In this document: positions 40,526 through 54,491 of the stretch, in pieces
Layout of the letters: each line of letters starts with the position of its first letter
Position numbering within the stretch: the stretch's first letter is position 1
Assembly (NCBI RefSeq): GCF_964204645.1
Contig: NC_134028.1
Location: 26,098,345 to 26,162,344 of the forward strand
Source: Tubulanus polymorphus
Lineage: Eukaryota; Animalia; Nemertea
DNA length: 64,000 bases
Reading direction: 5' to 3'
The notes under the pieces: generated by a model
Told to the model about the DNA's origin: nothing
What the model saw: only the letters and a program-made list of their open reading frames with translations
Databases searched by the model: none
Program-made: the position numbers and the translations under genes

Positions 40526-43458
40526 TTCAAAAAAATCTTCTATATCCTATAGTAAAAATAAAAAATTCCATATTGCCAACCAAATTTTTGTAATAATCAA
40601 AGGAGGAAGGAGGGGTATCCCTGTAAAGGTGCCAGTACATCCGAGCCGGATATTGAAGAGAATCCCCTACCGTGTTTGGTACCCTTACTCTAGACAAAAC
40701 AATCTATGGAATCCCCTATTTTATCATCAATCTGTCTCTCAGGGCCCACGGATTTCATACATATAACCGCAATTCGTTACCTATCGTTATTGCAGGGGTA
40801 TGGAAACTGGGGATCTCTTTTTCATTCTAGGTACTATTTTTGGGGTCCTGCCCTACCCTACACAACCTGAAGTTATCAACGTAATATCAACGTCTTATGT
40901 CACCTGCCGAGAGAGGATGGTGCGCGATTATCGCATTTTTGTCGCTGCGATTCTGACGCGATTTCGGACGTGTTATTGGATATGCTTTTATCGCCAAGAA
41001 CGCTGTTTATTCGCGGTGTTATGCGGCAACATATCCATATCATTATTGTTACAGGACACTCCGTAATTGGGTTATCAAGTTTCCTGTAAATTTCATCGGG
41101 TTTCTATGGGCCAATTGCGACACACACCGTGAAAGACCGTCAATGGCTCGCTACATCTCAGATTTCTCGAAAGCGTTATACACAATGAATAGTCAAAACG
41201 ATATCTAGAACCAGACAGGTGTATGGTTCGCAAATGAAATCACAATTTAGATCACAGTTTAGATAAAGCACGAAACGGCAACGATTTTATGGTATTTGAA
41301 TAAATAATCACCATATCATAATCTAGCCGAAATGCTACGATATGCGACGACGCATTTTTTCTAACATACGGATGATGAGTCCTCGAAACATTGAAACATA
41401 AATCTTTGAAGTTCATTTCGTGTTTGCCAAAACCTCTCGCTTCTCATATCAAATGTAGTATTGAGTTTTATTCGAAAAAAGATCTAGTCTCCATGTCGCT
41501 TTCGTAGATGCCCTTTGCCATATTCATTGCATAAATGTACCCCTAACTAACTAGAATATCTGATGTTTGTTTGACGCATCTTTTCTTATACAAACATATG
41601 TAAATAAAGTAGATATAAGATAAAAAGTATCGTCGTATTCTATATAGAACAAACGGCCACATTTGTCGTATGAGTAAACTCGATAAAATGCTAATTTCAA
41701 CCATAAAACGCGGAAATTAGATTCGAAATTTTTTGTCGAGAATGACGCATTCTGCGTGAGTTTGATTGCGGTTCAGTTAGCATCAAGATGTCACTTCTTG
41801 CAGTGCACGAAGTTGGCTTTGACTGCGCCATAGAATAAGAGCAATAACATAACGGTTCCTGCCATAATAACGATAAGATAAAGTCCGACAATGACTATCA
41901 GAATATATAGTCGAGGTGTCGAATAAACTACTAGCTCTAAGGAAACATTTTCTGACTTTATCTTATATTATCGTCTCAAGACACGAATATAGAAGTGTCT
42001 TATTAATGGTGAAAATGAAAACTTCTAGTATTTATTTTTTTCTCGCCTTTAAAATAAGAACCGGTTGATGCACGCTACTTGTTTATGTCAATAGTATTAG
42101 AATTCTACGAATCGTTTATTCGGTCTCGTTGACACTTGTTAGAAAATGACTTCATCAAGGTCCAGTGGATTGAGTTGTGCTAGGAATGAATGCGGAATGC
42201 AGTCTTCACACGAGAACCTGTGATACACTCGCTATATTTCTCTAGTACAAATAAACCGCCGTATCCGTGTGGTGGACGTTATTACCTAAATATGCTGCGG
42301 GCAAACATTATTCCCGGTCACTTCGAATAACTACCCGGTCGACCGGTCTAGTAAGACAAATTAACCATTTGACCACTAGTCACTAGCCGTGGGGGGGGGG
42401 CTGTTACCCTTAGATATCGGACTGACATAGATATGCTGGATAATTTTAGCGGAACACCTCGAACATTTCTTTAAATTCATAATGATGGATGCACCTCAAC
42501 TTGTTGCGTTCGTAGATTCGTACGTAATTGGCGTGTGTTATACAACTCTGGAATAACTCAGGTAGTCTACTCATCGGTGGCAAGAGCTAATAATCGCCTC
42601 ATTCCAAACTACTGCATCTTATCGATAATTATAGTGACCTTGAATCGTCCTAAAACCGGTAATGCTTGCCTCTCACCTGACCGTGACCTTGTTTTGCCGC
42701 CAAGTAACGATATTTAGATAATCTCAATTAATTACATGAAGCACGAGATGAAAGAATAATTGGTTGCGTCGCTGCTCACTGGGACTCGAATCCCAGGTGT
42801 AATTACGTGCCCTTGGGTTCTTTAGGTGAACTACTGACGACCCATGCCTGATAAGGGAGCAGCACCCGATGAGATATCAAAAATATATGTGCGTACACAA
42901 TTCGTCTGCACTCACAGGAATGAGATGCAAATTGCGACCTCTTATTTGATTCTGACCGTTAATTTTCTCGAACTGACGGCCCTAAAGTTCCTCGATGTTT
43001 AAATCAGTGTAGAAAAACGAACTGAACAAATACGAGCACAGAATAATGTCGTTCGAGGTCAATAATAGATGATTTATTATATTTTCTAGTATCTAATGTT
43101 GATTGAGACCCGTGTAATAAGCTCTAAGACTTTAACATCGTAGTTCCTGTAGACTGTATACAAGTCAATTGACCCCTTCAACATTGTCTGGAATCGTCTT
43201 TTCAGTCAATCAATCATCATTTCATAAGTAGTTATTCGCTTCGCTGTTGTCACTGTATTTCTCGCTGTCTCCGAATTCTCCAGATTTGATGCTCGGTGTT
43301 GTCGACAAGACGGCGATAAGTCTGTATTTTCTATATCGGGTTCCGTGTATCACAGAATTCCAAAACTCATTCATAGCTACTATCTAAAAAATCCGATAGA
43401 AAATATCTGAGAATTATGAACTAGAACAAAGATTCTTTGATATCGGTCTACCGGATGC

Positions 43459-43527
43459 GGATGAGAACCATTCGGCCACGCGACCAGACGATAATCGTCT
43501 GGTCGCGTGACCGAATGGTTCTCATCC
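43459..43527. repeat. Near-perfect 69 bp palindrome (34 bp arms, 1 nt spacer, 1 mismatch)
   Basis: GGATGAGAACCATTCGGCCACGCGACCAGACGAT-A-ATCGTCTGGTCGCGTGACCGAATGGTTCTCATCC. Confidence 0.95.
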
Positions 43528-43949
43528 AAAGGTGCAATCACACGGGAACAACTGTTCACATGGGTGTCAAATGGGCCGTGCCTGTTTGGCCCGAGCCAAA
43601 TTTTAGCACGGGTCAAATTATTGCGAGTGATTTGCAACTGGTTCCGGAAGCGTCTAACTCGCTTTGTCATATCAATGTTCAGTATCGAGCGAGTGTGAAC
43701 GGGTAAAATTTGAACCTGATCAGTGCAAATTTGGCCCGGACCAAATCGACGCCGTGCTGATCTTTGTGAACTCATGTCGATGTCATCAATCGCGACGTTC
43801 AGTAAATTTAAATATTTATATAAGGTTGTTATTTGTAACACATTTCAAGTTTAAGTACAAACGCAATCACGATAAATAAACGCAAAAGTAATTTCAACAT
43901 GTTTCTTGCACAACCCAACTTTATCATACTTTGACTAGACGCATTTTCA

Positions 43950-44035
43950 CATCCTCCCTAGGCAGGTATTAGAGACTCTGCCACGCGGTGCTCGAGACGC
44001 CATCAAGTTCGAATCCCTGTGAAGACGCGGAGATG
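43950..44035. mobile_element. tRNA-box inverted-end element (family A), internally deleted mini-copy
   Basis: CATCCTCCCTAGGCAGG...GCCATCAAGTTCGAATCCCTG...GGAGATG; both ends within 86 bp. Confidence 0.65.
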
Positions 44036-45634
44036 CAGCGTGGTCGCTGTAGTACGATTTGACTTCGGCGCATGACTGTCTATATCTGCGGCGATATAAG
44101 TTAGCTTAGGATTATCGACGAAGCGGAAAATGTGACTTCGCCTATAAACAATTTGTCTTACAAGTTATTGGCGATCAGATTAAGACTAGCGTCTGAGTTT
44201 TGTATGTATTCAACATCGGGGTTTGAGGGATTCTGCGCGGTACGCGTCCATATCCATATATATACATATGTACTCGTATATACATATATATATATATATA
44301 GATTGATTTGTTTCGCTAGGAATTGCAGATCCATATCGGGAGGATGAGGAAATTGACGTTGAACGGTTGACACTGTGTCAACATACAATGAGATAACACG
44401 ACTAGCGATCACAGGCAACAACTTCAATAACCGTTCAATGCGCGTAGCCAAAAATGACACAGGGAAATCTACTGTCCACGTCATACCGGATAATTCCGAC
44501 ATGGATACGATGGTTCGCATTTTTTTCGATCGGGAAAAAACTATTTTACCGTAATAGGTTTTTTCCATCTTGAAACGTCACGTGGAGAAGAAAGTTAGGA
44601 TTCGCTTTTGATTAAAAGTGCATCTGAAGTATAGATCTTATGTATCTAGTTTTGAAATTCTTTTTAATCATTAGGAAAAGCTCTGTTTTTTTTTAAATTT
44701 TTTCTGCGTTACTCTGTTCTTTTCTTTAAAGAAGGAATTCCTATCTTTACGGAACTGAAATGTTGCATAGTTCACATAAAAAACATACTTTTGATATATT
44801 ATTTTTTGACGCCGTAAAAACCGTTACAGTAATGTTTGTTTATACATTGATAACTAATTGTGAAAACTGGCATCTATTTTGTAAAAAGTTAAAATTTTGT
44901 GACACTTGTTTTCTATCTAATGAATTTCCATGCATTTTCAATGATGAATTAGAACATCGATTGCGTAGATGTGTTCTACGTCATCAATACGTTGCTTTGT
45001 TTAACGCGTAAAATAAAGTTAATGGTGATTAGTTCCGCTCGCATGAATCTATCGCACGTTACGAATTAAATGATTGCAGCATCCTTTCGGCAAACAAAGA
45101 GTCTTCAAAATTCTAATGCTAATTTTTCATAAATGTAATGATAAAAAACGAACCTCTAAGATGCCTTGAATAAACATTTGTAGATATGCAAACTAACTGA
45201 TTAATGGTAGCGAAACCGATCCATGTTTTACCGACGCGTCTTCAATGTTCTTATATCAATTCTTTATCGGACCAAAAAATACCGTTCAGTTTATTCAACG
45301 GTCTTTGTAAATATGAACCAAATAGGAGACTGCCAGGAGGTAAACTTAGCCATCTTAATTATTCAGCCATTTACCGCAGTATTAATCATTACATAGAAAC
45401 AAGACCTCCCTTCCGATATTTTTGCCCGCGTTCGGATATCACGAATGTACGTGCTTGAATTCCTCTCGAGCAACCGTCGGTTAAATTCACCGATGGTTAT
45501 GTTCGAAATCCCAGCCGTTGGAAAAAAAAATAGTTAACGGCTAGCCCAGTTCCACGGTTGAAACAAACTAATTTCATCTACAGGCGTTAGCGTACAAGTT
45601 GCGATAACTTGCGTCGTCTTATCGAATAGCTTCA

Positions 45635-45760
45635 TAAGTTCAACGCACACGACGCAGGGAAACACAGAAACACGCAAACAAACATGTTTCCCGAAACCAT
45701 GCTCCTCGTTTCTCGTAAACGCACGCGACGTAGAGAAATGCTCGGGAACATGTTTTTTGT
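45635..45760. mobile_element. MITE (family C), partial
   Basis: CAACGCACACGACGCAGGGAAAC is the reverse complement of the right end of the 12277 copy. Confidence 0.7.
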
Positions 45761-47337
45761 CTCCTGATTTTGAAATGAAAGTGGATGAATTTTGAAAAAA
45801 GGATGATTGATATATATCAAATATAATGTCAACTCTGATAGCTATTTGATCTATCTAGACTGTATTAATCGGCTTTGAAAAGTTTCGCCGCTGAAGTTCT
45901 GAAATATTCGGTTGCAAATTCGTATTGATAGGAGAGCCGAAAGAAAGCCGCCTCCTCCACGTACAACGCTGCCTTATAAAATGATCTCCATTTCATCTTG
46001 AATAATGAAGAATTTTCGACTAGCGGATACATTCCGAAACCGTATTCGAAATCTATCTCTCTCCCTTGCTCGTCAATTAGAGTCGTATTCAGTTTGAGTT
46101 TGCGGTAACTTCGTAAACCGTATGGTCAAAATTGAATCGCGTAAAGTGACAAGTAACTCGGGCGCCATGTTTCACCAATCCGTGTCATGTTCCGGCATAA
46201 CTTGTCATCTAAAAAAAAATCGATGCCCGATTTCGGTAGATCGCGTATAAGTTGTTATCTGATACTTCCACAGTTGTATAATCGAGTCAGATATTCCGGT
46301 ATTTTCCTGGCAAAGACGCAGAGAGCGCCTGTATCAGTTAACCGCGACTCACGACACACGCCAAATTGCATTCATTTCCTTCGCCAATTGCCGCGGCAAC
46401 GGACCATTCTCTTCCCAATCTGGACCGAATCTCGGATAAGGCAATTTCTTACTTACTTAATCCCGCGCACTGTCATTGATTGCTTCTGTGCCGTACGAAT
46501 AACCAAAATTCCGCGAAAATTTACGGATTGTAAGAAGTCTCGACCACGCTTGTGGATTACGAGCGTGGAAAGAAACAAACAAACTTTCAACACTTTATCC
46601 TTCGCGCAGTGGATGGAGTACGTCGATTCTTCGCAACGTCTTTAAACGTAGGTTGTTTTTAAGAGTATGATTGCGGAAGCCTGTCGTAGAACAGCCTACC
46701 GGGGCTAAATGAGAAAGCTTAATCCCAAATGCGACAGTAGAAGGAAAGGGGGAGGAAGGGGGAGGGAGGGGAGATAAGGATTATTCAGCAATTCAAAATT
46801 GAGATTTTCCATTTATCATAAATCGTTCCGAGACACGCAGAAGATTGCTCATTTTAGCAAAAATGTGTAGGACTTTGACTGTCGTTCCCTCAATCTTTCT
46901 TTCCGCATTGCGAAAATACGGATAAAAATACGCGCGTTTGGAATCGTCTTCTTGTATCAGAGATTCCGTGATTCCGTGATTGCGAGTAGTGCGTGCGCTA
47001 GATTTTACTTCACGGCGGTGTGACGCGAAGATTGAGTCTGATCGAAGTTTGATGATAATCGATCGGTTTTCGATAAAAACGACTTTGTTTTACTATTGTC
47101 ACGATCTCGGTCGGCGCGTATAGTTTTCGAGACGGTAATATTTCACTGGTAGCAGAGATGTTATTAACAATCTCAGCGACGCGGACTCGACTGGCGCGGG
47201 TGTTGGTTATGGATTCGATTTGATTCATTCGGCAAATTGTAATCAACCAATTACCGCGCATCCAGGGTAACCATCAAAAGTGACGCCAGTCTTGCATTAT
47301 GTGAAATACCGCTCTTATGTTTAAAGCTGGCTTTCTG

Positions 47338-47834
47338 ACGAACCGTCGAATATGCAATTTTTATCGAAAATGAGCTGAACATATCCATCAAAATCCTCGC
47401 TGTTAAAAGTTTCATTTGTGCTGATTCTATATGGACCACAACCTTAATTACTTAATTACTGAGGCTAATTCGTTAGTTATGGTGCTTACCCTTGATTACT
47501 TAATTACTGAGGCTAATCTGTTAGATATGGCGTTTCCTCATTTTTGACAAACCATCGAATTCCATTGGGCAATATCCGTCGAATATGGGGAATGAATATT
47601 GCATGGTGAACCGTCGAATATGCGTCGAATATTATGGTCACTACATCCGGGTTTTTTCTGGACCCCATCAAATATGGCGACCTCGGTATTTGCTTGTTTA
47701 ATAAGGGATCTAAATTAGCTTACTGTAACTTAATTTCTAAGATAAATGAATCTGATATCGGAAACGAGAGCGACAAAATAAGTTAAAAATTCGAAATTGA
47801 TTTTTCAACGTAAGCGCATATATTCGACGGTTCG
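47338..47834. repeat. Repeat-structured element with a 48 bp tandem duplication (about 47442-47537) and repeated CCGTCGAATAT motifs
   Basis: GAACCGTCGAATATGC at about 47340 and 47608, a partial copy at 47576, and an inverted copy ATATTCGACGGTTC at about 47820. Confidence 0.6.
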
Positions 47835-48795
47835 CCAGAGCGCCAGCGGATTGAGGGCGGAACGCTGCGTTTATTCGCACGCCGCTGGTGCCCTTCAGAA
47901 GTAGGCGTCAAGAGGCTAATGAATGTCGAAATCTTCAGGCGAATAATTTCATTCACAGTTTGAAACTCAGCGCATTCGCGAAAATATTCTTCAAATCATA
48001 AGGGCATTCCCACTCAAATAGATACGATCGTGCTACGATCCTGGAACTACAAGATAGAACATTAATGCGGTTTGTTGGTTAGTGAAAAGTTGCCTAAAAC
48101 CGTCTGCTGTGTTCCAACATTCCATCTACAACCGATATCAAACAGGGATGCGTGCTCTGCCTTTTATTTTTTTATTTATACAAAGATGGTCTCCCCAACT
48201 ATCAGGAATGCTGACCTTGGCACGATTGGATTCCGTATCTCTCCCTAAATATTCTATCATTCGCTAATGACCTGGCTATTCTGATTACCTCAAAACCTCC
48301 AACTGGTGCGACCAATGGGGTCTTCGATAAAAAAATAACTCAGTTCTCATTATTTTCAATAAAAGGTTAGATTAATTAAAAGTATATAATTTCTATTCAG
48401 CGATAACGCACTTGAGAATGTATCCAACGCCTATTGTTACCTGTTTCAATGTACAGCATCAGGTAGTAAACACGCTTCTGCTAGGCTAACGGACCTTGCA
48501 TCGGAAACGATGTTTAGACTCCGTTTCTTTCAATGTTAACCACAACATTAATATCGCCTTTCTACATCAACATCTACCCGAGAAAAAAAACCACAATAAA
48601 CTATCGGACTATTTACACGTAGAAAACGACCAAAAAAATATAAAAGTGGACAAAATGATCTTCACCCTTGTAATTAGCTATTTGCAAAATCTTGATGTAT
48701 TAAATTAGGCAGCCAGAAAAATTCACCCCAATCAGTCGCTTGCCGGTTCAGACTGCTTGGAAGATTGTTTGAATGAACCGGAACCGAATTTCCAA

Positions 48796-48975
48796 TTATG
48801 TACTTCGATTTAAAAAAAAAATTCTGTTAATTAGACCGCCGAGCAAACAACTATATCTGTACTTCGATTTCCGATTTCAAAATCAAACCCCCTGTTTCGC
48901 TCCCGGCAGGTGTGGTGGGTCTGTAAGGGACACTCAATCAAAAAATCTAACGAAATTTACAAACCAAATAAACAA
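48796..48975 (+). repeat. Dispersed repeat with A-rich tail, copy 2
   Basis: Homologous to 16058-16190. Confidence 0.65.
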
Positions 48976-49657
48976 CAGGGACAATCCCTTTTTTAAGATC
49001 AAATATTGCCTTTCGAGTTTCCAAAAGTCTCGAACCCTCATTCTAATCTCGGTGCCCTCTCGCGGCGAAAACAGCCTTTCGTTATCATAAACATTAGTTC
49101 AATGGCAAATCGAGGGCTAAATCTAATAGAGAGAAATAATGAGTAGATGTTGAAACTGTCATGTGCATCATTAATTCGTCAATATGATGTCGTCAACAAA
49201 AGATACATGGCTGAACGACCTAGATTAAACACCGAGTCATTCTTCACCCAGGGACGAAAAATTTCTTTATAATGTCTCACGATTTTCTCTGAAAATGACG
49301 TTCAACTTCAGTCTGTATGGGTCTAATTCATAATATCAGCGTATATTGATGACGCTCGTTAGAATGTGCCCGATATTTGCCAAGCACAAGAATCGATTGA
49401 ATATTTTCAATAAATGAATTCCGACGTACCCGCATTTCTTCCGATTTTTTTTTCTTTTTTTCTTAGTTTTTTTGCTTCATTCTTGATTGAATATTCTAGC
49501 ACGGAACTACCTTAAACATGTCGTATTTTTCTTGGTGATAATCTAGGAGAAGAATGTACGGTGCGCCACACCAATATAACAGTTCTCGTTTTGACGCAGC
49601 CAGGATCCACATTCCACATGTGTTCACGAGACTTAACCCGAGAGACATCTTAAATTG

Positions 49658-50005
49658 AAACAAGCCACAGGTGGGCCCCGGCTCAAACTCCGAGATTCCC
49701 ATTTTGGATGTGTTGTATCCATAGGGCCAATAGCTCAATTTTGTTCGAGACAACATTTTGAATTTCGACCTCGTTCATCAGTTTTGAGATCATCTTCAAG
49801 GTCGTATCACTGAAAAACAATCTTTAGTGCCTAGTTCTGCGACGATAGCTGGCGCACTGGGTCCATTCTGCACAACTAGACCCCCATATTAACAATCATA
49901 CCAAGTTTCATAAAGATCGACGCGCTATTAACGAACTAAGTAGCTGACAGACAGACACACAGACTGACAGTATGAAAATAAGATCTCGTAACGGAAGACT
50001 ACTAA
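49658..50005 (+). mobile_element. Probable non-autonomous Helentron-associated (HINE/DINE-like) element
   Basis: AAACAAG start, ATACCAAGTTTCAT...GATC motif and (GACA)n microsatellite near the 3' end; layout resembles lophotrochozoan HINEs. Confidence 0.5.
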
Positions 50006-50786
50006 CACCAGCCATTAGACAGTTAATCAGTATTTACCTTTAACAAATGAACGCAAATTCTTCACAACGATATCGGGCGAACGCGAGAGAATTTCTGCAG
50101 ATCGATATCTGCATAAACATGAATTTGTGTTAAAAGAACTTCGATTTCAATATAGCAGAAAATATGGAGAGTGGCAAGTATTACCATAACTCAGCTGAAT
50201 CGAGTCACAGGAAAATGTCTGATAATTCGAATCTATAACGTTGAGAATAAAACACAAGTTTCCTCACAAAGATCGTCTTTATAGGTTCTCACTGAAATCG
50301 CTCTATAGATTTCGAGATTTATTTCACAGCTTCAGGCGATCAGGAAACGACTTGAATACCGGCGCTCTATACGAATATCCAATGAATTTCACCGGATATA
50401 ATTGTGTTCGAGGAGGGAACGAGAAGAAGGTGTATCTCGATGCGCTACCGGGAAAGCGCCTTCAGGACTGAATAATCAGATATGTGCAATTGTTCTTCAC
50501 GAGAACGTGACTGTCAATGTAGGAAGAATTTTAACGGAAAACAACTTGATTGTCTATATTTACTGGTTAATTCTGTCGTCTGCCCTCGAGTAAAATATAC
50601 ATCGTCTGCAGTTACTCGTCGTCGTAGTTACCCCCATTACCAAATTGCTGCCATAAGAAATGATTCCACAAGGACGAACGGAACGGTCTTTTCGAAATAT
50701 CCATCGGATAAGTTCGAATCAGCGTAAATGGAAATCATGCCAATGGGAGCGGTGAGAACGAGACGATTCCTTTTCTTTAAAGAAAC

Positions 50787-51706
50787 AACGCCGTGCCTAC
50801 AGTAATCCTACCCTAAACCTTACCCTAACCCTCTGGACCCGTTAATCACCCTCCAGACACTAAACCCTAACCCACTAAAGCCTCTTCTCACCCTCTAGGC
50901 ACTAAACCCTAATTTTCAATGGTGTTGAAAAAGCATTGAAAAAGCCTCCATTTTGTTTTACCGGCACTCTGAATAGGATTAAACGGGATACCGGCACCGT
51001 AGACACTCCGTTAGACAAAAACGAGGATATTTTCATGGATTTATTCCAGTAATGTCAACGAACGCAAATTTTTATTTCAAAATATGACTTCGACGAACAT
51101 GATTTATGAATCAATTGTATAGAAACTGTGCTATAAACTGCACCTGGCGTTCTTAATATGAAAACATCTATGAATAAAATCGTCATCATTCATCACGCAG
51201 ATGATTGGTGTTGAGAACTAATAAAACGTTATACGTTCTTTTTGTGAGATATTACTCACATTTTTTACTGTCACCGTTGTAGTTTTGCTTAAAAACTATG
51301 TTTAGTGTTTCATATTGCTTAACATTACTAATCACATGACAAAGAAAACAAATACTAGAACAATTACCGAATGCCGGTATCCCATTCAATCCTATTCGGA
51401 GTGCCGGTAAAACAAAATGGCGGCTTTTTCAACGCAGAAAATTAATTAGGGTTTAGTGTCTAGAGGACGAGAAAAGGGTGCAGAGGGTTAGATATAAGGT
51501 TAGTGTTAGGGTGAGGTTATGCATTATGCTATGGCAAGGCTATAACTAGTTAAAACGTTGAAGTTACGTCAATTACCCCCGATGGCTCAAGAGGATAAAC
51601 CCTAAGTCCCAATTTTTGTGGTTTTGTTACTTAGAATTTTACAGCGCTGCCGGTACTGAAGAAATTACGATTGCAGTACCGGTACCAGCACTGTAGGCAC
51701 AGCGTT
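50787..51706. mobile_element. Foldback-like non-autonomous DNA transposon with long inverted arms containing CCCTAA-like repeats
   Basis: TIR AACGCCGTGCCTACAGT / ACTGTAGGCACAGCGTT; a 60 bp inner inverted pair at about 50938-50997 and 51372-51431 with about 4 mismatches. Confidence 0.8.
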
Positions 51707-54446
51707 ATATAAAAGCTTTTTGAAGTAGTCTTCTTTAATGTAAATGCCACTTTTGATTTTTTATATATCGTACAACGTATGTTTCATTGTAAGTACGTAC
51801 CTTACTTAAAGTACTCTCTGAAAAGATCTATATAAATGATTGGAGAAAATTGTTATTTCCTCATTCGATTCGCTTTTCATTTTTGATTTGATAATCATAT
51901 GCTCGCCGAACGCTTTTTGATGAATCAGAAATCCGTTGGTAATTCGTTATTTTCTGATCTATTATCGGGTTGTTTATGCAATTATTTCAACCCACTCCAT
52001 TCATGATGAGAATGTCTGCATGGAAATTGCCTCCGAACCAATTAATAGAAAGCTTCTTGTCCGAAAATAAAAAAGACTAATTTCCGTATATACTCAATTC
52101 GTGTATTGAATGATGTTTATTTCATGTAGAAAATACCGCGTAAAGATAGAAGTAAAAACGCCTTAGAACTTAAATGCATAAACTCTGTCTAAGGTCCGTT
52201 GCAGTGCTGTAGGTATATCCAGTAATTCGACCAAAAAAGTAACCGCAGAAAGATTCGAACCAAGGACATCCGCTTACCTCTAGACGTTCAGTTTCGTGAA
52301 GAAAAGTGACCTCGGTTTTTAACCTAAACTTGAATATGAAATCAATTATACGCCGATGGACTAGTGACTGGTTGTCTGGTCAGTGGCCTAACCAGTCAGT
52401 TGGAGTGGCTTGTGTGGTGACTGATAATAAAATGCTATTTTCACTAACAATATCCAATCATTGCGAATCCCAGACATAGTCTCACAAATTTTCAGGTATG
52501 GAGTAAAATACGATGGCCGTGATCTTAAAGCGAATGAAATATGGATGGATTTTTATCATAAAACAGTTTCTTCTGTCGTTATCAATATTTAATATTTTAT
52601 ACAGGTAACTATGTAATGGTTTGGAACGATGTCGTTTATTTGAACTGTCGGGGGATTTGTAACCTTACACCGCTTCCACTGCTTGATAATTTACTTCCTT
52701 CCGGTCAGGTGACTCGGTAAAACGTTCTCCGCACACAATTTCAAAGTTCGCCGAGAATCTAACCCGACTTCGATATTTTATTTTCGTTCCCCGCAGAGGC
52801 TATGAAAAGCCAGAATTGTCGGTTTATGTGAAACGATGTGACCGGTAGCCATTAAGCGATCCTCAGGTGGTCCCGCGAGGTTTGCCAACATCCGTTATAC
52901 GTTTCAAAGATGCGGTTGCAAAATCGGTCGAAGTCCGGCTAACATCATCGTTACATTTACGATGTCTAGCTAGCGAACTATGTCTCCGATGCACCAGATC
53001 ACCTCTATCCGCCCTTAGTGGGCAGTCGTAACACTAGAAGTCAGATTTTTTCTAAAAATGGTTCTATGAACTCATAATTTTGTTGTACGGAAGCATGAAA
53101 TACCATCAGGGGTTATAATGAACTTTGTGAGTAATTTTCGTACATCAGAACCTTCAGAGGTCGAGGGATTTTCTCATGCTATCTACGAACGGAATACATT
53201 TTCAAACAAAAAAAAACTGGAAAAAAATTCTTAATTTTTACCTCACACATTGCCGACGTTCGGAGCCCCGGAAGTGACGGGTTGAAAAATAATTTTTTTT
53301 CTCCTGGGAACGAAATAATCATTTCGTTATTTTTCCCACCATGTTACCTCCGGGGCTAAGTACGAGGGTTTATTTCCTGTAAATGGTGAAAATTACATTT
53401 GCCTGCAGCACGAGATCCCTGCGCGCTATATTATCTTTCATTTAACGGTTTATGAAGTATTTCAATTCGCTTTTGATCGTTCTCTTTATAACTTCGTTTC
53501 TGATTAAGAATTATATTCGACCGTAGCCGTATTTCTATCAACAGAACCGATCGCGTAGTTATCGATTCTCGTTGCGCTGAATGAAAGTTCGTTGATCTGT
53601 ATTGAATTCACAATTCAATACTTCGTGATTTCATTTTTTCTAAATCAGCGGTGACCGTAAAATAAATGAAATGTACTGAAAATGCGCTTTTTCTCATTTC
53701 ATGTCGAAACAACGCGTATGTTTATCAGAATTAGAAACAGAACTCGGGAAAGTATACACACACTAACGTTATACATGATGGCATTTAAAAGGCCTTAATC
53801 AGACCTGTATATTTGGTACTTAAAAGAAAATAATCCGGGACAAGATAGACAAGATTTTTTGTCTGAGACAGTGCATTGTCTATAGAGACGAGAGAAGACA
53901 TGAATTAGCCCCGTTAGTGCGACTTGGTTTATCTAGCTACTAATGACTCGCGAAGTGAAGCCCCGACGAAGAAATTACTTGCCTTATTATCTACATAATG
54001 GTTAGCGAAATTACGGCGTGCAATCCGGCCGAATATTTTGTCTAAATTAGCTTTTATCCCCATCATTTCAACAGTCTAGCCGAAACAAAGGTTACCGACC
54101 CGGTGCTTTTTACAGAATTAATGCATTTTCAGAGAGGAATAGTGTATTCTTTTTTCCATCGTCGACGCGGAAATGTCTATTTTGATTTACTAGTAAATTC
54201 CTTTCTGATGTTTTTACGGCTAAAGAGTGGTATTTATTGTAAATCAAGTCACACATGACTTTATCCGGTTACGGTTAGTAGATTATTGTAGTTTATTGGA
54301 CAATATTCTGACACGATTACAGCCTCAGTCGACAGATATAAAGAACATCCCCCGATAGGTTTATTCTGTCTTTTTTAAAAGTATACATTAAGATATGAGC
54401 AGCGCTTATTACGACTGTCATAAGTCGTGATATAGAAAAGGGATGG

Positions 54447-54491
54447 ACACCGACCGACCGCAGGGTAAGCGGTCGGTCTGTCGGTCGGTGT
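54447..54491. repeat. Short GC-rich hairpin of CCGA/TCGG units (MITE relic)
   Basis: ACACCGACCGACCGC-AGGGTAA-GCGGTCGGTCTGTCGGTCGGTGT. Confidence 0.6.
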
